Notes under the pieces: model-generated | Told to the model about the DNA's origin: nothing | Database searches by the model: none | What the model saw: the letters and a program-made list of their open reading frames with translations, nothing else | Position numbers and translations under genes: made by a program | Shown: one piece after another, positions 42,276-51,505 of the stretch | How the letters are laid out: each line of letters starts with the position of its first letter | Position numbering within the stretch: position 1 is the stretch's first letter | DNA from: a virus | Lineage: Duplodnaviria > Caudoviricetes | Direction: 5' to 3' (one strand) | IMG/VR virus record: IMGVR_UViG_3300042402_000726 | Location: 1 to 53,148 of that record | DNA length: 53,148 bases

Positions 42276-44288
42276 TTATTTCTCATTTTTCATCATAATG
42301 AGTGCTGATGCATTAACTTGATCAATCATAATCCAGCCATGCTCAAATGGTTTTATCACGTCACCACCTTCCATCAGATTTACAAAGCCATTTGTTGTAG
42401 ATGGTTTTAAAGCATTCTCTGCTGTGCGCTTTGCCCAACCGTCTGCATCAAGTTTTGCCAAGAATGCTGATCGACTAATATACGGCATCTCCTCTCTGAT
42501 TTCTGTGCCAGTTGCAAACCACACCTTCTCAAATAGCTTTCTGTGCGTATCTAACTTTGAATCTTTTTTAACCGCAACTGGTACATCAGCAGGTGACAAC
42601 ACGGCACTGTAAACTTGGTCGCCATCCTCATCAATCCATCCAGTAATAGCAATCTTTTCAAGCGTTGCATAAACATCCAATGTTAACTCAGCATCCTTTG
42701 ATTTCTTTTGTGATATTTGCATTGGCTTGTTTTCATCACCAGGCGAAACACTGATTTCAATATCGAGTGCGCCACGCCATGCTGACGATCCACGCGCTCT
42801 GTGTTGCGTTTCAGCAGACACCCCTGTGTGATGCACTAAGATAACGGTACATCCAAACTCAATCATCAAACCAGCGCACGCATCTAGCATGCTTTTTGTG
42901 TCTTGTGCTGAGTTTTCATCACCAAGCAAAAAACGATGCAAGGTATCAAAAACAATTAGGCTTGGTCTTTCATCAAGACTTAATAACGCTTCACGCACAC
43001 GCTGATAACCTGCCGGTGTATTAAGATCGCACCCCGACTTTGATACCCACATATTAAGTTTGCCAATATTATTCTTTTGCTTCCACGCAGCTATTCGACC
43101 ACGCAAACCATGATGACCTTCACCGGCAAAGTAGCCAACTGATCCAGGCTTAACTTTATGTCCCATCCATTCACCACCGCCAGATGCAATGCGAAGGCAC
43201 TGATCAAGAACCATAAATGTTTTACCACCACCAGACGGGCCATGAATCATGATTAATGCTTCTTCTTGTAGCCATCCTTTTATCAGCCACTTGATTGGCG
43301 AAGGTTGCGTGCTTAAATCATCAGCAGGAATTAACCAGTTGTCTTTTGGTGGCATAAGTAAACTCAGTAAATCACCACCATTAGCAACGTAATCGTTAGC
43401 ATCACCAAGTTCTGGTGGCGAAACTATTCTTGCGCCATGTTTTGCTGATGCTTGCTCTGCGTAACGCATACCGACACCAGATGAGTCATTATCGGCAACA
43501 ATAACAATGTCCTGTGTTGCGCCATAGGCTTCTCTCATGATGCCTGTCACTGGAACAATGTTTGATGCGGAGTAAGCAACGATACAAATACTGCCTGTTG
43601 CTTCATGAATGGTAGCGGCTGTGGCAAAGCCTTCTGCAATAAAAATGGTTTTAGGATTTTCAGCGTTTCCAATTGACCAAAACTTCCCGCCAGTTGCACC
43701 ACCTTTATGATAGAGCTTACCACCGTCTGTTGAAATATATTGAAGCGTTGATAAGGTGCCATCTTTGTTTAACAATGGAACAACAAGTCGTCCATCACCA
43801 GTGACTCTTGCACCATGAACGCAGATGCCTTTCTTTTTTAAGTAAGGATGTTCTTTGTTTGCGGGCGTGCAATCTGACCATATCTTTGATACTACATCCT
43901 CAGTAACTTCATGTTGTTTTGCAAGTTCAGCGTCACGAGCAACTTTAGCTTCAGACATTCTGCGCGAATGCGCCATTTCTTCTGCGGCAGTAAACTTTCG
44001 CCCAATGTCTGCACGAAATGACATTTCAATTCCAGCTCGCCAATCACCAAACCTACCTGCCGGTGTACCATCGCCATAACAAATGTACCATCCTGTTTTA
44101 TCTCCAGCACCCGATGATCCTTTTGATCCTGTTCTAAATCGATGAATCTTTCCATCCATGTAAATAGTAGATGGTGGATCAATGCCAACATCACGCATCG
44201 CATTAACTAATTGCGACTCTGGCGACTCTGGCACCGATTCCACTGGCGGATAAAAACTCCCATTAAAAATATTAGTTAGATCTGCCAT
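42276..44288 (-). CDS. Primase-helicase (Toprim plus RepA/AAA_25-like helicase)
   Basis: HPYL..KG, IFIAEGFATA, IVADND, GDANDY. GPSGGGKTF, YFAGEG, IVFDTL, LVHHTG...RGSSA. Confidence 0.92.
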   Translation of the reverse strand: MADLTNIFNGSFYPPVESVPESPESQLVNAMRDVGIDPPSTIYMDGKIHRFRTGSKGSSGAGDKTGWYICYGDGTPAGRFGDWRAGIEMSFRADIGRKFTAAEEMAHSRRMSEAKVARDAELAKQHEVTEDVVSKIWSDCTPANKEHPYLKKKGICVHGARVTGDGRLVVPLLNKDGTLSTLQYISTDGGKLYHKGGATGGKFWSIGNAENPKTIFIAEGFATAATIHEATGSICIVAYSASNIVPVTGIMREAYGATQDIVIVADNDSSGVGMRYAEQASAKHGARIVSPPELGDANDYVANGGDLLSLLMPPKDNWLIPADDLSTQPSPIKWLIKGWLQEEALIMIHGPSGGGKTFMVLDQCLRIASGGGEWMGHKVKPGSVGYFAGEGHHGLRGRIAAWKQKNNIGKLNMWVSKSGCDLNTPAGYQRVREALLSLDERPSLIVFDTLHRFLLGDENSAQDTKSMLDACAGLMIEFGCTVILVHHTGVSAETQHRARGSSAWRGALDIEISVSPGDENKPMQISQKKSKDAELTLDVYATLEKIAITGWIDEDGDQVYSAVLSPADVPVAVKKDSKLDTHRKLFEKVWFATGTEIREEMPYISRSAFLAKLDADGWAKRTAENALKPSTTNGFVNLMEGGDVIKPFEHGWIMIDQVNASALIMMKNEK

Positions 44289-44457
44289 TGTTGCTTTCCA
44301 AGTAATCAGTTAATTTTGTCATGACTTTATAAGTCGGATTAGCATTTTCATTATCTCTAATCTCTCTAATGGTATTGAAATGAATGCCTGTTGCTTCTGC
44401 AATCATAGATACTCTGCGATCTTTTAATAATTCTCTTATTTCATCTAACTTCATCAT
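44272..44457 (-). CDS. Cro-like helix-turn-helix protein
   Basis: VSMIAEATGIHFNTIREIRD..NANPTYKVMTKL..YL. First gene of the divergent leftward unit. Confidence 0.85.
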   Translation of the reverse strand: MMKLDEIRELLKDRRVSMIAEATGIHFNTIREIRDNENANPTYKVMTKLTDYLESNNGRSN

Positions 44458-44518
44458 TTTTTTTATTCCTGTTGGTGGTTAATTTTTGAAATAGAATATC
44501 ATAAATAATATTTTATTG

Positions 44519-44547
44519 TTGACATTTAATATTAAAATGTTTAAGAT
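44519..44547 (+). promoter_or_regulatory. Sigma70 promoter for the rightward recombination operon, overlapping a dyad
   Basis: TTGACA-17 bp-TAAGAT. The spacer overlaps an ACATTT-N7-AAATGT inverted repeat. Confidence 0.75.
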
Positions 44548-44603
44548 CTTTTCTCAAGAGCTAACCGGAATTCCTCCAACCAGCTCAGAACAGGAGAAAA
44601 ACA

Positions 44604-45278
44604 ATGGCTATTAATTTAAAAAACACGTCTGATGTACACACCAATGGCGTTAAAGTTTTAGTGTACGGACATGCTGGCGTTGGCAAAACTACGTTGTCAA
44701 CGACAATGCCAAATCCCGTGATTATAAGTGCGGAAGGTGGTTTATTGTCAATTAAAGACAGCAACATACCTTACGTTGAAGTATCAAACATGGCGGATAT
44801 AACTGAGATATATTCTTGGTTGTTAACACCAGAAGGCAGTCAGTTTGATTCCGTTATCTTAGATAGTTTATCTGAGATTGGTGAAGTTGTTTTAAACCAT
44901 GAAAAGTCTGTAAATAAAGATGGTCGCGCTGCTTATGGCGAGATGGCTACGCAGATGACAGCGTTAATTCGCGCATTTCGTGATCTTCCAGGTAAAAATG
45001 TTTTAATGACCGCCAAAGTTGAAAAGTCGCAAGACGAAACTGGTCGAATGATGTACGCGCCATCAATGCCAGGTGCGAAGTTAGGACAAACGCTTCCATA
45101 CTTTTTTGATTTAGTCTTGGCACTTCGCGTTGAGAAAGATGCTGACGGTGTTGCTCAACGCGCATTGATGTGTGATAGCGATGGACTATGGATGGCAAAA
45201 GATAGATCCGGAAAACTACAAGCATGGGAGCAACCAGACTTAGGCGCAATCATCAAAGAAATTGGCGGTGCAAAATGA
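44604..45278 (+). CDS. AAA_24 / Sak4-like ATPase (ssDNA annealing)
   Basis: VLVYGHAGVGKTT, SAEGGLLS, VILDSLSE, AKDRSG. AGGAG RBS. Confidence 0.88.
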   Translation: MAINLKNTSDVHTNGVKVLVYGHAGVGKTTLSTTMPNPVIISAEGGLLSIKDSNIPYVEVSNMADITEIYSWLLTPEGSQFDSVILDSLSEIGEVVLNHEKSVNKDGRAAYGEMATQMTALIRAFRDLPGKNVLMTAKVEKSQDETGRMMYAPSMPGAKLGQTLPYFFDLVLALRVEKDADGVAQRALMCDSDGLWMAKDRSGKLQAWEQPDLGAIIKEIGGAK

Positions 45279-45658
45279 ACATCACCGAATTATCTAACCG
45301 CTGGTTAGAATTAAAAGTTCAAGAAGATTACGTTATTTCAGAACGTCGATACATTGAAGATCAAATATCTTCTTTGATGAAGATACAGGAAACGCTCGAA
45401 GGCGTTGAAACAAAAAAAATTGGTAGTTTTGTAATCAAAGTTACTGGACGAATTGACAGAAAAGTTAATTCAGAAATGCTACAAGAAATTGCGGCAGAAA
45501 ATGGATTATCTGAGCATCTATCGGCTTTATTTAGATGGACACCTGCTATTAACATGACAGCGTGGAAAAGATGCTCACCCGAAATAACGAATGTTTTACT
45601 TGGTGCTGTTACATCAAAACCTGGTAGACCATCATATAAAATCACAATTGAGGAATAA
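45275..45658 (+). CDS. Conserved hypothetical protein of the recombination module
   Basis: ATGA overlap. W...K..E......RR.IED...RKV...LFRW.P.I....W...KPGRPS. Confidence 0.75.
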   Translation: MNITELSNRWLELKVQEDYVISERRYIEDQISSLMKIQETLEGVETKKIGSFVIKVTGRIDRKVNSEMLQEIAAENGLSEHLSALFRWTPAINMTAWKRCSPEITNVLLGAVTSKPGRPSYKITIEE

Positions 45659-45661
45659 GTC

Positions 45662-46144
45662 ATGGCATTTTTAGAACAAACATTTAGCGTAGAAGATTTA
45701 CCAGTATCAACTAATAGTTATGAATTAGTACCAGAAGGTTGGTACACAGCAACTATTTCTGGTGCTGAAATTAAAACAACAAAAGCAGGTAATGGTCAGT
45801 ATATTAATGTTAAATACACTATTGTTGGTCCAACACATCAAGGACGCATTGTGTTTGGCATGATTAACATTAAAAACCCAAATCCTCAAGCAGAAGAAAT
45901 TGGTCGCCAACAACTTGGTGAAGTCATGCGTGCGATTGGTTTAGCTAGAGTATCAGATACCGACCAATTAATTGGTGGCACATTGTCTATCAAAATTAAA
46001 ATCACGCCAGCTAATGGCAATTATGAAGCATCAAACAGCGTAAATGGGTTTAAAACATCTGGCAATGGCATTGCACTTGCGCCAAAGGCAACATCAATAC
46101 CACCAGCAGATGGCAAAGCACCACCACCTTGGGCAACTAAGTAA
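45662..46144 (+). CDS. DUF669-like putative single-stranded DNA-binding protein
   Basis: YELVPEGWY.A.I...E.K.TK.G.G.Y...Y.I.GP...GR, ends PPPW. Follows the Sak4-like gene. Confidence 0.8.
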   Translation: MAFLEQTFSVEDLPVSTNSYELVPEGWYTATISGAEIKTTKAGNGQYINVKYTIVGPTHQGRIVFGMINIKNPNPQAEEIGRQQLGEVMRAIGLARVSDTDQLIGGTLSIKIKITPANGNYEASNSVNGFKTSGNGIALAPKATSIPPADGKAPPPWATK

Positions 46145-46154
46145 GTAACAAAAT

Positions 46155-46180
46155 AAGGGCGTTTAACACACGCCCTTTTT
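46155..46180 (+). terminator. Rho-independent terminator
   Basis: AAGGGCGT-TTAACAC-ACGCCCTT followed by T residues. Confidence 0.75.
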
Positions 46181-46193
46181 CTTCGGAGTATTT

Positions 46194-47213
46194 ATGTTAA
46201 TTCCAGAATCAAATCACTCTATATCCGTGCTAGTAGATAAAGCGCATCAAGACAGAAAAGAAAAGCCAAGACCACACATGGGTGGATCTATGCTTGGTCA
46301 TTCATGTGACCGATGGCTGTGGCTGTCATTTAGATGGGCAGTGCAAGAAGAATTTGAAGGTAGACTGTTAAGATTGTTTAGACGCGGACACTTGGAGGAA
46401 GTCACCATTGTGTCAGATTTAAGATCTATTGGCATTCATATTGGCAATACATCTGAGCATCAATCGCGTGTTGATTTTGGATGTCATGTATCTGGATCGC
46501 TTGATGGCATTATATTTTCTGGCGTACCAGAAGCACCAAGCAAAAAACACATTTTAGAGGCCAAGACACACTCTTTAAAATCGTTTGATGATCTAGTCAA
46601 ACATGGCGTAGAAAAGTCTAAGCCGATGCACTACATTCAAATGCAAGTGTATATGCAAGGATCTGGTATTGACCGTGCGCTTTATTATGCTGTCTGTAAA
46701 AACGATGATCGTATTTACACAGAGCGAGTCAAATTTGTGCCAGAAATAGCTGAAAAATATATCAGTCGTGGTCACAGGATTGTTAAGTCAGAGCGCATGC
46801 CAGAACCACTTAGTCCAGATCCGAGCTGGTACGAATGCAAATTTTGTGCAGCGCATGAGTTTTGCCACAAAACAAAAATAACCAAACACGTTAACTGCCG
46901 AACCTGTGCGCATTCAACTGCGATGGATGACAGCACTTGGCGATGTGAACGCCATGACGCGGATGCTATACCAGTAGAATTTCAACAAGTTGGCTGTGAC
47001 GCGCATGTGTTACATCCAGACCTTGTACCTTATCAACGCAAAGATTCACCAGACGGCAATCATGCGGTTTATGTAATTGATGGTGTAGACGTGATCAATG
47101 GTGAAAATGGTTATAAGTCATCAGAGATAGTGGCAAACCCACAAGCGTGCATTAGTAACGATACTTTTATTGCTGATCTTAGAAATATATTTGACGGGAA
47201 GATAGTAGGATGA
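46194..47213 (+). CDS. Cas4-like PD-(D/E)XK exonuclease
   Basis: RPHMGGS.LG..C.R.LW, GSLDG, ILEAKT, HYIQMQVYM, CKFC....C plus CRTC. Confidence 0.85.
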   Translation: MLIPESNHSISVLVDKAHQDRKEKPRPHMGGSMLGHSCDRWLWLSFRWAVQEEFEGRLLRLFRRGHLEEVTIVSDLRSIGIHIGNTSEHQSRVDFGCHVSGSLDGIIFSGVPEAPSKKHILEAKTHSLKSFDDLVKHGVEKSKPMHYIQMQVYMQGSGIDRALYYAVCKNDDRIYTERVKFVPEIAEKYISRGHRIVKSERMPEPLSPDPSWYECKFCAAHEFCHKTKITKHVNCRTCAHSTAMDDSTWRCERHDADAIPVEFQQVGCDAHVLHPDLVPYQRKDSPDGNHAVYVIDGVDVINGENGYKSSEIVANPQACISNDTFIADLRNIFDGKIVG

Positions 47214-48820
47214 AACTCAGAGATTACCAACAACGATCTATAGATGAACTGTACAACTGGTTTAATGCTGGTCATAAAGGAAATCCTTGCATGGTGCTAC
47301 CAACAGGATCCGGAAAAAGTCATATTGTTGCCGCACTTTGCAAAGATGCGCTTCAGCAATGGCCAGAAACTAAAGTGTTAATGCTCACGCACGTTAAAGA
47401 ATTGATTGCACAAAATGCTGAAAAAATGCGAGAGCATTGGCAAAATGCACCACTGGGTATTTATTCATCAAGCCTAAAGAAAAAACAACTTGGCGAACCG
47501 ATTACATTTGCTGGCATTCAATCTGTTCGAGATAAAGCGCACCAACTTGGACATATTGATTTAGTCATCATTGATGAGTGTCATTTGGTGTCGCATAAAA
47601 ATGAAGGTGGTTATCGTAATTTATTATCAGATTTGAGTGTAATCAATCCACAATTGCGCGTGATTGGATTGACTGCAACGCCATATCGTTTGAATCACGG
47701 TTTGATTACAGACAAGCCAGCGTTGTTTGATGACATGTTGATGCCAGTCACTATTGAGTATTTAATCAGCAAAGGTTTTTTATGCACTTTAAGATCTAAA
47801 GTGACAAAAACAAAACTTGATACCAGTGAAGTGCATAAACGTGGCGGTGAATTTATTGAGTCAGAATTGCAAGCTGCTGTTGATACTGATGATAAAAATA
47901 AAGACGTTGTGAGTGAAGTGATTAGGCTTGCTGGCGATAGAAAAGCCTGGTTGTTTTTTTGTTCTGGTATTGATCATGCCGAGCATGTAAAAGATATGCT
48001 AATTAGTAAAGGCATCACAGCAGAATGCGTGACAGGTAAAACGCCACAAGCGCAACGCGATAGAATTATTGCTGATTATAAAGCTGGTAAAATTAAAGCG
48101 TTAACCAACGCCAATGTATTGACAACCGGGTTTGATTATCCAGATATTGACTTGATTGCAATGCTTCGACCAACGATGTCTGCTAGTCTTTATGTTCAGA
48201 TGGCTGGACGTGGTATGCGTCCAAAGTCACACACAGATCATTGTTTAGTGCTAGATTTTGCTGGCGTAGTTGAAACGCATGGACCTATTACAAATGTAAA
48301 ACCGCCCAATAAAAAAGAAGAAGGCAAAGGAGAAGCACCCGTTAAAGCATGCGATGAATGTGCTGAATTAGTTGCTATATCAACTAAAGTTTGTCCAGCG
48401 TGCGGCTATAAATTTCCAGAGCCAGAAGAAGCATCATTGCCATTAAAACTTAGAAACGATGACATTATGGGTATTGAAGGCTCAGAAATGGAAGTGACAA
48501 GCTGGAATTGGCGAAAGCATACATCTAAAGCATCTGGAAAAGAGATGCTTGCTGTGACCTATTACGGTGCTTTATCTGATGCGCCAGTGACAGAATATTT
48601 ATGTGTTGAACATGAAGGGTATGCAGGAGAAAAAGCCGCAAAGTTATTTGTTGAAATTGCATATAAAAGTAAATCAAATATACCTGCTGATTGGGATTGG
48701 GATTGGCCATTAGATTATATAGCATCGCACATTCAAGAACATGGAACACCACCATCATTAATCGAGTACACCAAAGATGGTAAATTTTATCGCGTAATAA
48801 ATCGGAGTTGGGATGTATAA
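47210..48820 (+). CDS. Superfamily 2 helicase (RadD/YejH-like) with Zn ribbon
   Basis: LRDYQ, LPTGSGKS, DECH, GLTATP, LTTGFD.P.ID, QMAGRGMR, CDEC...CPAC. Confidence 0.92.
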   Translation: MKLRDYQQRSIDELYNWFNAGHKGNPCMVLPTGSGKSHIVAALCKDALQQWPETKVLMLTHVKELIAQNAEKMREHWQNAPLGIYSSSLKKKQLGEPITFAGIQSVRDKAHQLGHIDLVIIDECHLVSHKNEGGYRNLLSDLSVINPQLRVIGLTATPYRLNHGLITDKPALFDDMLMPVTIEYLISKGFLCTLRSKVTKTKLDTSEVHKRGGEFIESELQAAVDTDDKNKDVVSEVIRLAGDRKAWLFFCSGIDHAEHVKDMLISKGITAECVTGKTPQAQRDRIIADYKAGKIKALTNANVLTTGFDYPDIDLIAMLRPTMSASLYVQMAGRGMRPKSHTDHCLVLDFAGVVETHGPITNVKPPNKKEEGKGEAPVKACDECAELVAISTKVCPACGYKFPEPEEASLPLKLRNDDIMGIEGSEMEVTSWNWRKHTSKASGKEMLAVTYYGALSDAPVTEYLCVEHEGYAGEKAAKLFVEIAYKSKSNIPADWDWDWPLDYIASHIQEHGTPPSLIEYTKDGKFYRVINRSWDV

Positions 48821-49004
48821 AGAACCAGATTTTCTAATTGAATATAAAAAATTGAAGGCATTGCCACCACCAAAGTGCTGTCATACCTGTGACTTTTACA
48901 CTAAAAAAACGATGTTTTGCTCAAAATATAATATGAATCCGCCAGAGGATTTTGTGAATACGCAAGACAATTGCCCTAACTACATTGAGGAGTTACCATT
49001 CTAA
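48813..49004 (+). CDS. Small Cys-rich protein
   Basis: PPKCCHTCDFY....C......PP..F......C...EELPF. Overlaps the helicase end. Confidence 0.75.
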   Translation: MYKEPDFLIEYKKLKALPPPKCCHTCDFYTKKTMFCSKYNMNPPEDFVNTQDNCPNYIEELPF

Positions 49005-49357
49005 TGGCTACCATTAAAGAAAAAATACCGTCTGAGCATTACGAACAAGCATTGCTTGTACAGTGGGTTAGACGCACATACCCTGGCGTTCTTATTCATT
49101 CAATTCCAAATGGCGGCCATCGTAGCAAATCAGCGGCTGCTGCATTGAAAGTAGAAGGAACAGTGGCAGGAATACCAGATCTTTTCATTCCTGCGTGGAA
49201 ACTTTGGGTGGAAATGAAGCGCACCAAGGGCGGTGTTGTCAGTCCAGATCAAAAAAAAATTATTGAGTATCTTAAAAGCATAGGCTACCAAGTCATTGTT
49301 GGTAAAGGGTTTTTACATGCTAAAGAACAAATAGAACAATTTATTGTAAAAAATTAA
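49004..49357 (+). CDS. VRR-NUC domain nuclease
   Basis: SEHYEQ, SIPNGG.R, EG..AGIPDL, WVEMKR.KGG.VS..Q. Confidence 0.9.
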   Translation: MATIKEKIPSEHYEQALLVQWVRRTYPGVLIHSIPNGGHRSKSAAAALKVEGTVAGIPDLFIPAWKLWVEMKRTKGGVVSPDQKKIIEYLKSIGYQVIVGKGFLHAKEQIEQFIVKN

Positions 49358-49395
49358 CATTTTAATGTTTACTTCATGAACAGGTATGCTATTAT
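49356..49395 (+). promoter_or_regulatory. Early promoter with upstream dyad
   Basis: AACATT-TT-AATGTT palindrome overlapping TTTACT-16 bp-TATTAT, with a TG extension. Confidence 0.55.
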
Positions 49396-49452
49396 TTAAC
49401 CACGCTTTCAAGAAGGCGAAACAATAATAAAATTAATTTTGGAGTAAACGAT

Positions 49453-49590
49453 ATGAAAAAATTCAAATTAGACGGCATCATTGGAACCATTGATCAATTT
49501 GGTTTTATTCAATGGGGTGGCATTGGTTGTCACCTAGCAGGTTTGACAGACGACTGCGCGTTGAAGATTGCAGCTTTAAAAGCAAAATAA
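49453..49590 (+). CDS. 45-aa early protein (not in the ORF track)
   Basis: GGAGTAAACGAT-ATG. MKKFKLDGIIGTIDQFGFIQWGGIGCH... Confidence 0.7.
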   Translation: MKKFKLDGIIGTIDQFGFIQWGGIGCHLAGLTDDCALKIAALKAK

Positions 49591-49606
49591 ATAAGGAGTA
49601 AACGAC

Positions 49607-49834
49607 ATGGCAACAAATAAAGACTACACAGCATTAATAGCCAGCATTGACGCTGTTGGCGAAAAATTAAATTTAGCATTAACTGATGTCAACATTGATA
49701 TGCAAAACTGCATATTAAAAGAAGATGATGCAAATTATTGGGAAGCAATGATAGCGTGCGCTCTTAATGCAGCAGATTCAAGATTAGAAGATTACGAATC
49801 TGATTATGGCATCAGAACATTGTTAACCGCATAA
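49607..49834 (+). CDS. Hypothetical early protein
   Basis: AAGGAGTAAACGAC-ATG RBS. 75 aa, acidic. Confidence 0.75.
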   Translation: MATNKDYTALIASIDAVGEKLNLALTDVNIDMQNCILKEDDANYWEAMIACALNAADSRLEDYESDYGIRTLLTA

Positions 49835-49837
49835 ATA

Positions 49838-49870
49838 TAAAAAAAGCTGGGCGTAAATATGCGCCCAGTT
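49838..49870. terminator. Intergenic hairpin (possible terminator)
   Basis: CTGGGCG-8 nt-CGCCCAG preceded by an A run. Confidence 0.45.
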
Positions 49871-49891
49871 CGCCCAACTTAGGAGAACAAG

Positions 49892-50218
49892 ATGGAAATA
49901 GAAATTTACTTTGACATCGTATCAAACGATGGTGTGACAATTGGTGCAGTTGCTACTGCAACATTATCTGGTTCATATATCCCAGCGGATTTTCATCACG
50001 ACATTGAAGATGAACGTGAGTGCATTGTTAATGACATCTCATTCACCGATGAAGATGGCGAAGAAATGGCAGGATCAGAAAAATTAAAAGAAATCGTTTA
50101 CGAACACGTTGACGATAATTTTGTTCAAATATTTAATGATGCAGAAGCAGACAAAGAAGAATTTGATATTTACATATCTGATTTTAAATCGGATTTAAAC
50201 TTTTCAGAATTAATTTAA
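49892..50218 (+). CDS. Highly acidic early protein (DNA-mimic candidate)
   Basis: AGGAG RBS. About 30 Asp/Glu versus 5 Lys/Arg in 108 aa (hand count). Confidence 0.75.
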   Translation: MEIEIYFDIVSNDGVTIGAVATATLSGSYIPADFHHDIEDERECIVNDISFTDEDGEEMAGSEKLKEIVYEHVDDNFVQIFNDAEADKEEFDIYISDFKSDLNFSELI

Positions 50219-50234
50219 CAAATACTCCTACCTA

Positions 50235-50259
50235 GCCACTAAGCCAAGTGGCATTTTTT
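50235..50259 (+). terminator. Rho-independent terminator-like hairpin
   Basis: GCCACT-AAGCCA-AGTGGC-ATTTTTT. Confidence 0.6.
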
Positions 50260-50271
50260 GAGGTTAACAAA

Positions 50272-50418
50272 ATGATTGAATTTATCAAGTGGCTAGACGA
50301 CTCGGATGTCGCCTATTTGGTTATGCTTGCGCTTTTTTTAGCGATGGCAAAACTGCATTCCAAAGCAATGGAAGAAAACACAAGACTTCGTAAAATACTT
50401 AAAAAGGCAATGCGATGA
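50272..50418 (+). CDS. 48-aa membrane-anchored peptide (not in the ORF track)
   Basis: GAGG RBS. VAYLVMLALFLAMA hydrophobic stretch. ATGA overlap with the next gene. Confidence 0.65.
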   Translation: MIEFIKWLDDSDVAYLVMLALFLAMAKLHSKAMEENTRLRKILKKAMR

Positions 50419-50633
50419 TTAATCCAGTTCAACAAATGATTGCTGAGGCAATCAACTCAAAAGATCCAGCACACAATGTGGCTGTTGTTTGCACAGAGAT
50501 CGTGCGTGGTTTGAGCTTTATCGCACATGCCATTCCAGATAAGGATGAGCAGGATGCATTTATTGAAACAGTCAGCAAACAGATCCGTGCTGAGTTGGAA
50601 ATCCTACAACAAACAACACAATTCGAGGCATAG
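50415..50633 (+). CDS. Hypothetical protein
   Basis: 72-aa helical ORF in a coupled chain. Confidence 0.7.
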   Translation: MINPVQQMIAEAINSKDPAHNVAVVCTEIVRGLSFIAHAIPDKDEQDAFIETVSKQIRAELEILQQTTQFEA

Positions 50634-50635
50634 TC

Positions 50636-50884
50636 ATGAGCGCAACATTGGTTTTAACTTTGAGCTTTCTTACAGTCGATACCACAATCGACAAGAAAGG
50701 CCATACAACGCAAGTTGAACGCATTGCCTATACTACAACGGCAATACCTTATGACACGCGCCAGGCATGTGCTAATGCGCAACAAGAATGGCAGTTTGCT
50801 GTTGGTGCATATCAAATGAGCAAAAGACCGACAAGAATCATTACTGCTATCTGCAATGACAGCGCAACGGGAGTGGTAGAATGA
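50636..50884 (+). CDS. Hypothetical protein with hydrophobic N-terminus and a Cys pair
   Basis: GAGG RBS. YDTRQACANA...AIC, a layout similar to 809..1021. Confidence 0.7.
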   Translation: MSATLVLTLSFLTVDTTIDKKGHTTQVERIAYTTTAIPYDTRQACANAQQEWQFAVGAYQMSKRPTRIITAICNDSATGVVE

Positions 50885-51084
50885 AAGACAACGCAATAAT
50901 TTGGTGCTTGATTGCATCATTTGTAGCCGGTGGTTTGGTTGGATTCGTAGCAGTAGCGACTATGCACCGTCATTACCATGAAGTGATTAAAACCAGTATT
51001 GGTGAATTTATCATTCATGACAACAAGATTTACTCCGTGTATGAAATGGAACGTAATGTTCGTGGGGAGATGGTGACGAGATGA
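50881..51084 (+). CDS. Small membrane protein
   Basis: N-terminal TM segment AIIWCLIASFVAGGLVGFVAVA. ATGA overlaps. Confidence 0.7.
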   Translation: MKDNAIIWCLIASFVAGGLVGFVAVATMHRHYHEVIKTSIGEFIIHDNKIYSVYEMERNVRGEMVTR

Positions 51085-51230
51085 CAAAAGATGAAGTTTA
51101 TAGTCGCCTACAAATGGCTCAAAAAAACAAGAAGGAACTCAAAAAGGTTAAATTAGACCTTTTAAAAGAGATCCAGCAATTGAAATTGATGCTTCGTGCA
51201 TTAGAGGAGGAAGAACAATGGGCGAATTGA
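51081..51230 (+). CDS. 49-aa coiled-coil peptide (not in the ORF track)
   Basis: MTKDEVYSRLQMAQKNKKELKKVKLDLLKEIQQLKLMLRALEEEE. ATGA overlap. Confidence 0.65.
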   Translation: MTKDEVYSRLQMAQKNKKELKKVKLDLLKEIQQLKLMLRALEEEEQWAN

Positions 51231-51346
51231 TTTTTTGGACAGGCATTGTAGTTATGATTGTCTGTTTTCTGGTGGAGTACGCTGATGGAGATTGATGATA
51301 TGGCGGCTTTGTTTTTTTATGTTGGATGTTTATTTTTGGTGGGTTT

Positions 51347-51505
51347 ATGGATGTGCCATTAGTAAAACCGGTTGAAGCGTTAACGCCAATCCAAAGTGAA
51401 TGCAAGCACGATCACTGGCGTATTTATCAAAGTCGCGGTTATAGAGAATGCGACAAGTGCAAAGAACAACGCCCTATTTTTAACGTAGTGAAGCACCAAC
51501 GATGA
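51347..51505 (+). CDS. About 52-aa putative Zn-finger peptide (not in the ORF track)
   Basis: ECKHDHW......RECDKC. ATGA overlap with 51502. Confidence 0.55.
   Translation: MDVPLVKPVEALTPIQSECKHDHWRIYQSRGYRECDKCKEQRPIFNVVKHQR

Noticed and set aside
46194-47213. CRISPR-associated Cas4
   Set aside because: It sits in a Sak4/SSB/helicase recombination module with no other cas genes or array. This is a common stand-alone phage nuclease.
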